NCBI GenBank assembly: GCA_030704615.1 | Contig: CM060734.1 | Coordinates: forward strand, 62,620,001-62,684,000 | Direction: 5' to 3' | DNA length: 64,000 nucleotides | From: Takakia lepidozioides | Lineage: Eukaryota > Plantae > Bryophyta | Shown here: positions 63,001-64,000 of the stretch, in pieces | Numbering within the stretch: position 1 is the first letter of the stretch | Layout: every line of letters starts with the position of its first letter | The notes under the pieces: model-generated | The model's input: only the letters and a program-made list of their open reading frames with translations | Databases searched by the model: none | Told to the model about the DNA's origin: nothing | Translations under genes and position numbers: made by a program

Positions 63001-63513
63001 CTCTTTTAAGTGCAGCCTGAACACAGGTTGGTTCTGCTTCTTAGTCAGCGAAGCTCAACATACCAAGTGGGTTGTGGAAGATATATGTGTGGCTTAAATA
63101 TGTTCTCACACCATCCAGTGTACTAGTGTGCTGGTGTGCAGGTGCAATCCTTCATAGGGCAGCCACATCAGATACATATACACCTGGCGGCACTTGTGCA
63201 TCCCCTAGTGGGTGGGTGTACTTACTTGGTATCTCATTCTATAAGAGATGGTCATGACCTGTCCAGTGATTGCGATCTTGGGTTGTGGATTCGTCGTATC
63301 CGTTTTTGAATGTGGCATCTTAATGATCCTTTCTGAAACCAGTAGGGGGTGGACATTGAGCCCAGTGTTTGTACATCCGGTACCGTTGATATATGGTGGA
63401 TGCATTTAAGGTGATATATTCAACAGTACAAGGGGTACATTACACTAAACAAACTTTGCGCTAACAAATGAGGATGGTTCACTGTAAACAGGTGACCCTC
63501 TATATGTTGTCAG

Positions 63514-64000
63514 GGGCAGATGGCGAGCAGATTTTACAACTGGGGTCAGCAGCCTTCAGAAGGAGCTAGATCCTGCCGTTTCTGGCACTGGTGGGGATGT
63601 GAGGACATTATGTAAGGCAGGACAACTAAAAGAGGCGATTCAGATTTTAAACCAACAAGGCATTTGGTCAGACTCCAATACTTGTGTCTTTATCTTGCAG
63701 CAGTGCGTCAACATGAAAGCCCTAGCAGAGGGAAAGCAGGTGCATGCCCACATTGTCCAGAGTGACGGCAAGAAGGTCCATGGTGACCTCATTCAAGCTG
63801 GAATACTGCCAGATATCATTCTGGAAACCGTCCTTGTGGACATGTATGCGAAATGCAGAAGCATGAAGAATGCCCGTGAAGTGTTTGATAACATGGCTAA
63901 ACGAGATGTAGTCTCATGGAATTGTATGATCACAGGATATGCTCAGCATGGATGCAGTAGGAAGGCTTTTGACATCTATGAGCAAATGATGCGGGAAGGG
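63514..64000 (+). CDS. PLS-class PPR protein, N-terminal part, runs off the window
   Basis: Open frame DVRTLCKAGQLKEAIQIL...SDSNTCVFILQQCVNMKALAEGKQVHAHI...LVDMYAKCRSMKNAREVFDNMAKRDVVSWNCMITGYAQHG; start codon not established. Confidence 0.8.

Overview
Eukaryotic, intron-containing DNA from a non-seed land plant (inferred from moss/lycophyte/fern-style PLS-class PPR repeats and the transposon repertoire; species not determined). The window starts with the last nine exons of an intact YchF/OLA1 gene, followed by a frameshifted SWEET exon and retroelement debris, and ends in another PLS-PPR gene. Most of it is a nested stack of mobile DNA. (1) An L1-type LINE on the minus strand is split in two (RT half at about 56.3-58.4 kb, zf-RVT/poly-A half at about 10.1-11.6 kb) by a 44.7-kb insertion (11598-56256) with short imperfect inverted ends and TTAA on both sides. 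(2) That insertion carries a Sola-like DDD transposase, three FCP1/NIF (CTD-phosphatase-like) domains, a ParB-like domain, PPR pseudogenes, long hairpins and a protein with seven YTPxSPx-type heptads resembling the RNA Pol II CTD. (3) Inside it sits a 16.9-kb hAT element (23345-40223, 8-bp TSD CTCGGAAA) carrying a protein kinase, a RING-H2 gene, about 4 kb of long imperfect hairpins, and GCGACCGCC palindrome arrays upstream of each of its three genes. (4) A solo LTR and a tRNA-derived SINE are also nested inside. Most TE ORFs in this copy are disabled by stops or frameshifts. All calls come from reading the sequence by eye; no searches or folding were run.
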